A stretch of DNA of 47,730 nt, taken from the NCBI GenBank assembly GCA_022865785.1, contig JALHTJ010000205.1:1-47730 (forward strand), given 5' to 3'. The notes under the pieces were generated by a model. It searched no databases. It had not been told where the DNA came from and worked only from the letters and a program-made list of their open reading frames with translations. Each line of letters begins with the position of its first letter. The first letter of the stretch is position 1. Of this stretch, positions 47,469-47,730 are shown in pieces. Made by a program: the position numbers and the translations under genes. Source of the DNA: Candidatus Aminicenantes bacterium (lineage in GTDB: Bacteria; Acidobacteriota; Aminicenantia; UBA2199).

Positions 47469-47730
47469 ATGAAAAAGGTAATATTTTTTTTGCTGCTTTT
47501 GTCAATGGTGCTGCCGATGACCATTTTGCTCACCGCCCAGGGAGTCAAAGACCCGATCGATTATGAAATTTGGGTCCGTCTCGACCCATCCAAAAAAATG
47601 CTGCAGGGACGGGAGACCATCAGCTGGACCAACACCAGCCGCGACGCCATCCCGGATTTCTGGTTCCACCTTTACTGGAACGCCTTTAAAAATGAAAAAA
47701 GCGTCCTGATGAGCGAAGCCCGGCGCGAAG
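47469..47730 (+). CDS. Secreted M1-family-like metallopeptidase, N-terminal fragment (runs off the window)
   Basis: ATG at 47469 follows GGAG. Signal peptide MKKVIFFLLLLSMVLPMTILLTA. WVRLDPSKKMLQGRETISWTNTS...FWFHLYWNAFKN resembles the N-terminal beta domain of M1 peptidases. It is not in the ORF track because no stop lies in the window. Confidence 0.45.
   Translation, partial: MKKVIFFLLLLSMVLPMTILLTAQGVKDPIDYEIWVRLDPSKKMLQGRETISWTNTSRDAIPDFWFHLYWNAFKNEKSVLMSEARRE

Overview
This is a bacterial chromosomal window of about 50 genes using the standard code (TGA, TAA and TAG all end clear genes). I saw no rRNA, CRISPR array, transposase, integrase or recognisable phage or defence genes. Base composition is visibly mosaic. 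My hand counts of single 60-nt lines give 60% G+C at 36001-36060, 35% at 28081-28140 and 23-25% at 8161-8220 and 9961-10020.

Gene order, left to right:
- a truncated tandem-PDZ protein
- a GntR(YtrA-like)/ABC ATPase/permease-fusion operon
- a tRNA(CAU) directly upstream of tilS
- an AmpG-family MFS transporter
- an AT-rich phosphorelay cluster (Hpt, REC-DUF4388, REC-Hpt and a divergent PAS-GAF hybrid kinase)
- two tandem paralogous genes of unknown function
- a 1026-aa kinase/M23/aminotransferase fusion
- PilZ, mobA and fdhD
- a hairpin-dense repeat
- a ferritin-like protein
- a B3/4 / membrane / LSm-like / GIY-YIG operon
- an MFS transporter and enolase
- a thermolysin-like protease plus SH3/beta-barrel OMP cassette, bracketed by direct repeats of the eno 5' end and promoter (the second copy is a deleted eno remnant)
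- an AT-rich TetR-HlyD-ABC-TolC-ABC-ABC2-ABC2 efflux operon
- an eight-gene formate operon (DRTGG, NuoE-like, Cys-free HndB-like, NuoF-GltD fusion, NuoE-like, NuoF-like, Cys-type FdhA, FocA)
- a divergent desulforedoxin-ferritin / DRTGG / CBS-HATPase module bracketed by inverted heptad-repeat elements
- a truncated M1-like peptidase

Strongest candidates for something not yet described:
1. the formate operon with two NuoE/NuoF modules, one fused to a GltD-like NADPH module, together with its DRTGG/CBS-HATPase neighbours
2. the eno-repeat-flanked protease/OMP cassette
3. the kinase-M23-phospho-lyase-like fusion
4. the tandem unknown paralogues

All functional calls come from motif recognition by eye. 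No database search, HMM scan or folding program was run, and coordinates of starts and repeats were worked out by hand.
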